Of a stretch of 64,000 bases of DNA, positions 63,439-64,000 are shown piece by piece. Made by a program: the position numbers and the translations under genes. Positions within the stretch are counted from its first letter, which is position 1. Each line of letters begins with the position of its first letter. The notes beneath the pieces were generated by a model. That model made no database searches. It saw only the letters and a program-made list of their open reading frames with translations, and was not told the DNA's origin. The stretch lies in IMG/VR virus record IMGVR_UViG_3300037067_012088, positions 64,001 through 128,000 of that record, one strand, 5' to 3'. This DNA is from a virus. Taxonomy: Duplodnaviria > Caudoviricetes.

Positions 63439-63686
63439 AACGCCCCTCCAATGGGATCAAGCCGCTTTTTGGCCTCCCCGATAAGCGCAAGGACCGTGCG
63501 CGCATCCTCCTTACCGAGCATATCATAGAGCTTGTTGCCGCCGCGCCATGAACCCAGTTGCCCCGGGTGCGCGCCGCCAATCTTGGCAGGTAGTCTCATG
63601 GAGGCTTCGAGTTGAGCGAGAGACTTGGTCTTGGGCCGCGCCCGTTTGAGCCGGCGAGTCTGGCGGGATGTGGAGAGGGGTTTCAT
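63435..63686 (-). CDS. hypothetical protein
   Basis: ATGA overlap. Confidence 0.55.
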   Translation of the reverse strand: MKPLSTSRQTRRLKRARPKTKSLAQLEASMRLPAKIGGAHPGQLGSWRGGNKLYDMLGKEDARTVLALIGEAKKRLDPIGGAL

Positions 63687-63865
63687 GACTTGATACGACT
63701 GACCACCAGACGCCCGGCCACCCAAAGAGGTAGAGACAAATTGACGAATCCAAGAGACAGGATGCGCAGGATGCCGTCGAGCAGTTCAGCCCACCCCAAA
63801 GCCCAGCGCCACAGGTAGCAGATGAGGTGGGGTTCGCCTTTGGTGTAGATGGAGAGGATACTCAT
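63683..63865 (-). CDS. small hydrophobic protein
   Basis: ATGA overlap. Confidence 0.5.
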   Translation of the reverse strand: MSILSIYTKGEPHLICYLWRWALGWAELLDGILRILSLGFVNLSLPLWVAGRLVVSRIKS

Positions 63866-64000
63866 GGCACTACAGTAGGCTTATTAGGAGAATCGGGGAG
63901 ATAGTGGGTGGCGTAACGGACGTAGTCCGGCGCAGACTCGTAACGTTCCCAGTCGTCATCTGCGATGGAGGAGGTGACGAAGAGCCAACAGGGGTATGGT
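63862..64000 (-). CDS. partial hypothetical protein (3' end)
   Basis: ..PYPCWLFVTSSIADDDWERYESAPDY..VVP-stop. Confidence 0.4.
   Translation of the reverse strand, partial: PYPCWLFVTSSIADDDWERYESAPDYVRYATHYLPDSPNKPTVVP

Noticed and set aside
1-64000. Stop-codon recoding (alternative genetic code)
   Set aside because: Core genes are intact in code 11 and TAA, TAG and TGA all end genes at tight junctions

Overview
The whole window is part of a large tailed-phage (Caudoviricetes) genome; I see no host housekeeping genes, rRNA, canonical tRNA, integrase or CRISPR array. 1-33 kb is mostly a minus-strand late/structural arm: partial tail-tube gene, neck/adaptor and fibre proteins, major capsid protein, decoration protein, protease-scaffold, portal, intein-containing large terminase, ERCC4 nuclease, a phage sigma factor, a lipoprotein/coiled-coil/membrane lysis candidate, LamG-type fibre paralogs, PhoH and Hsp20, with a few plus-strand inserts (LAGLIDADG endonuclease, BCS1-like AAA ATPase, T5orf172 protein). 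33.2-36.9 kb (+) and 37.6-64 kb (-) are converging arrays of small early/middle genes (DUF932, beta-clamp-like, YhaM-like HD hydrolase, metallophosphoesterase, two HNH nucleases, signal-peptide lysozyme). The most notable structure is non-coding: (i) a bipartite late promoter GGTAAAC-N11-CGGTGTAT before most structural genes and inside the protease gene; (ii) about 13 palindromic TAGGG-N6-CCCTA boxes between early cassettes, often upstream of promoters whose -35 reads TCGnnn instead of TTGACA; (iii) ORF-free, extensively base-paired putative ncRNAs at about 40.5-41.1 kb (+, late promoter) and 49.9-50.46 kb (-, box-associated promoter). All calls come from manual reading of motifs and synteny; no searches were run. 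A Gram-negative host is inferred (lipoboxes, Tat signal, sigma54-type site).
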